A program made the translations under genes and the position numbers. The notes beneath the pieces are model-generated. The model was not told the DNA's origin, ran no database searches, and was given only the letters and a program-made list of their open reading frames with translations. Positions 62,906-64,000 of a DNA stretch of 64,000 bases are shown piece after piece (position 1 is the first letter of the stretch; every line of letters starts with the position of its first letter). This DNA comes from an uncultured virus (IMG/VR IMGVR_UViG_3300037234_000698) (taxonomy: Duplodnaviria; Heunggongvirae; Uroviricota; Caudoviricetes), in the IMG/VR virus record IMGVR_UViG_3300037234_000698. One strand, 5' to 3'.

Positions 62906-63093
62906 CAATACACCTCGTAGTCCGTCCAATCTCCCTGTCCCCGGAGCTTGATTGAAACCGTGCCGCCCTTCCTCGGTTTGTGCTTCCGCAAGAAGGTGTC
63001 CATCGCACCCTTCACGCTGCGAGCCCAGACTGTCGCCATCTGGCCCCCCGGCCCTCGGACGAGATATGCCTTCTCGGCTGGCACGGCCCGATA

Positions 63094-63819
63094 CTAGCAT
63101 TGCTCCTCAGACCTTGCACAGCGGGATAGTTCGGGCAGCTGGTCGAGGTCGGCCGGGGTGTCTATGTCGTCGGTCCAGTCGTCGATGCCGAGGTAGAGCT
63201 CCTCGCACCACGTCATCTCGTGGTCGAAGTCGAGCTGGTCGGCGTCGGGGCCTACGACCGACTGGTGGTTACTCAGGGGCCGGAGCCCGCGGCACTGCTG
63301 AATCCACCAGAGTAGGCGGCGCAGATGACCACCCTGGGAGCCCCCGTAGCGCACGCTCCGGCAGGGGCAGCTCACCAGGGCGCCGACCGCCTCCTCCCGA
63401 GCCCGAAGGCCGCTGGCGGCGAAGCCAAACACCTCGCCGCCGGCGGTCGAGAGATCCGACGTGCCGGCGAAGAAGAGATCGCGCTCGTCGGAGAAGATCC
63501 CGGCCAAGGCGGCGCGCGAGAACACGACGTCGCCGAGGAGCACAACCACCCGGCCGGAGGACCATAGAAAGCGGGTCTGATCGATCCCGTCAAGGATGCA
63601 CTGGCCCGGATCGGGAATCGTCACCAGCGAATCGACGGCTCGAGCCAGCCTTGGCCAGCCAACGGTGGTGATCGACCGGACGTCGGCGAGCTCTCCGATC
63701 AGCCGGTGGGTGCGGCGGATGTTCGGCTCGCCGTTGACTCTCACCATCTGCTTGGGAATGCCGAGGTCGGGGAGCCTGGACTGCGAACCCTGGCACATGA
63801 TCACTACTGTCGTTTCCAC
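63094..63819 (-). CDS. NTP-transferase (sugar/phosphocholine nucleotidyltransferase-like)
   Basis: GGAGG RBS, GTG start; IMCQGSQSRL....PKQM..V.GEP; LLGDV; DDIDTP.D. Confidence 0.78.
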   Translation of the reverse strand: METTVVIMCQGSQSRLPDLGIPKQMVRVNGEPNIRRTHRLIGELADVRSITTVGWPRLARAVDSLVTIPDPGQCILDGIDQTRFLWSSGRVVVLLGDVVFSRAALAGIFSDERDLFFAGTSDLSTAGGEVFGFAASGLRAREEAVGALVSCPCRSVRYGGSQGGHLRRLLWWIQQCRGLRPLSNHQSVVGPDADQLDFDHEMTWCEELYLGIDDWTDDIDTPADLDQLPELSRCARSEEQC

Positions 63820-63998
63820 ATTTCCTCCGCAACGTCGTCGAGCTCCTGGCCGCGGTCGTGGTCGACGTAGCCCATAGCCGTCGCCAGCGAGGCCCACTGC
63901 ATGTGCTGCTGCAGCTTCACCGCGGCGAAGGCGTCAGGGCCGAGAGCCTGGAGGTACTCAACCGCGTAGGTGCGACGCAGCCTGTGGGGGTACAGGCT
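63804..63998 (-). CDS. C-terminus of a tyrosine recombinase/integrase (runs off the window; not in the ORF track)
   Basis: Manual translation SLYPHRLRRTYA...LQQHMQWASLATAMGYV shows HxxR, the H/W position and the catalytic Tyr. Confidence 0.8.
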   Translation of the reverse strand, partial: SLYPHRLRRTYAVEYLQALGPDAFAAVKLQQHMQWASLATAMGYVDHDRGQELDDVAEEMWKRQ

Positions 63999-64000
63999 TT

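Noticed and set aside
1..64000. tRNA, rRNA, IS elements, DNA polymerase/primase/helicase
   Set aside because: None was recognisable by eye; tRNAscan and HMM searches would be needed to exclude them formally.

Overview
This window is a high-GC (roughly 70% by eye), gene-dense segment of a bacterial virus genome or provirus, not host chromosome. There are four gene blocks. (1) 1-6301 (+): small membrane proteins, a PAPS-reductase-family enzyme, a SprT-like metalloprotease, a C5 DNA methyltransferase and a multi-module protein. (2) 6298-44715 (-): small early/accessory ORFs, APS kinase, glycosyltransferase and sulfotransferase, five paralogous spike/fibre proteins, about 20 membrane-anchored virion-like proteins, two probable single-jelly-roll capsid proteins and a transglutaminase-like Cys protease. 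(3) After a repeat-rich divergent non-coding region (44785-45348), 45349-61851 (+): two more C5 methyltransferases, TGT/DpdA-like and Mom-like enzymes, ParB, holin/spanin-like genes, a J-domain protein, membrane-anchored lytic enzymes, a GT2, a Gp88-like protein and a phosphatase. (4) 62022-64000 (-): M23 peptidase, nucleotidyltransferase and the C-terminus of a tyrosine recombinase. I see no terminase, portal, HK97 capsid or tape measure here. The best interpretation (inference) is an unusually large, tailless, internal-membrane, probably temperate virus of a Gram-negative host. The most striking features are: recurrent Asn-Pro motifs that punctuate modular proteins; a shared N-terminal MSY..[VLM]G motif plus C-terminal anchor on many membrane proteins; stems that sequester ribosome-binding sites; helically phased 8-mers in the control region; and parallel DNA-modification and glyco-sulfation gene sets. 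All family calls come from motif recognition by eye; no searches were run.
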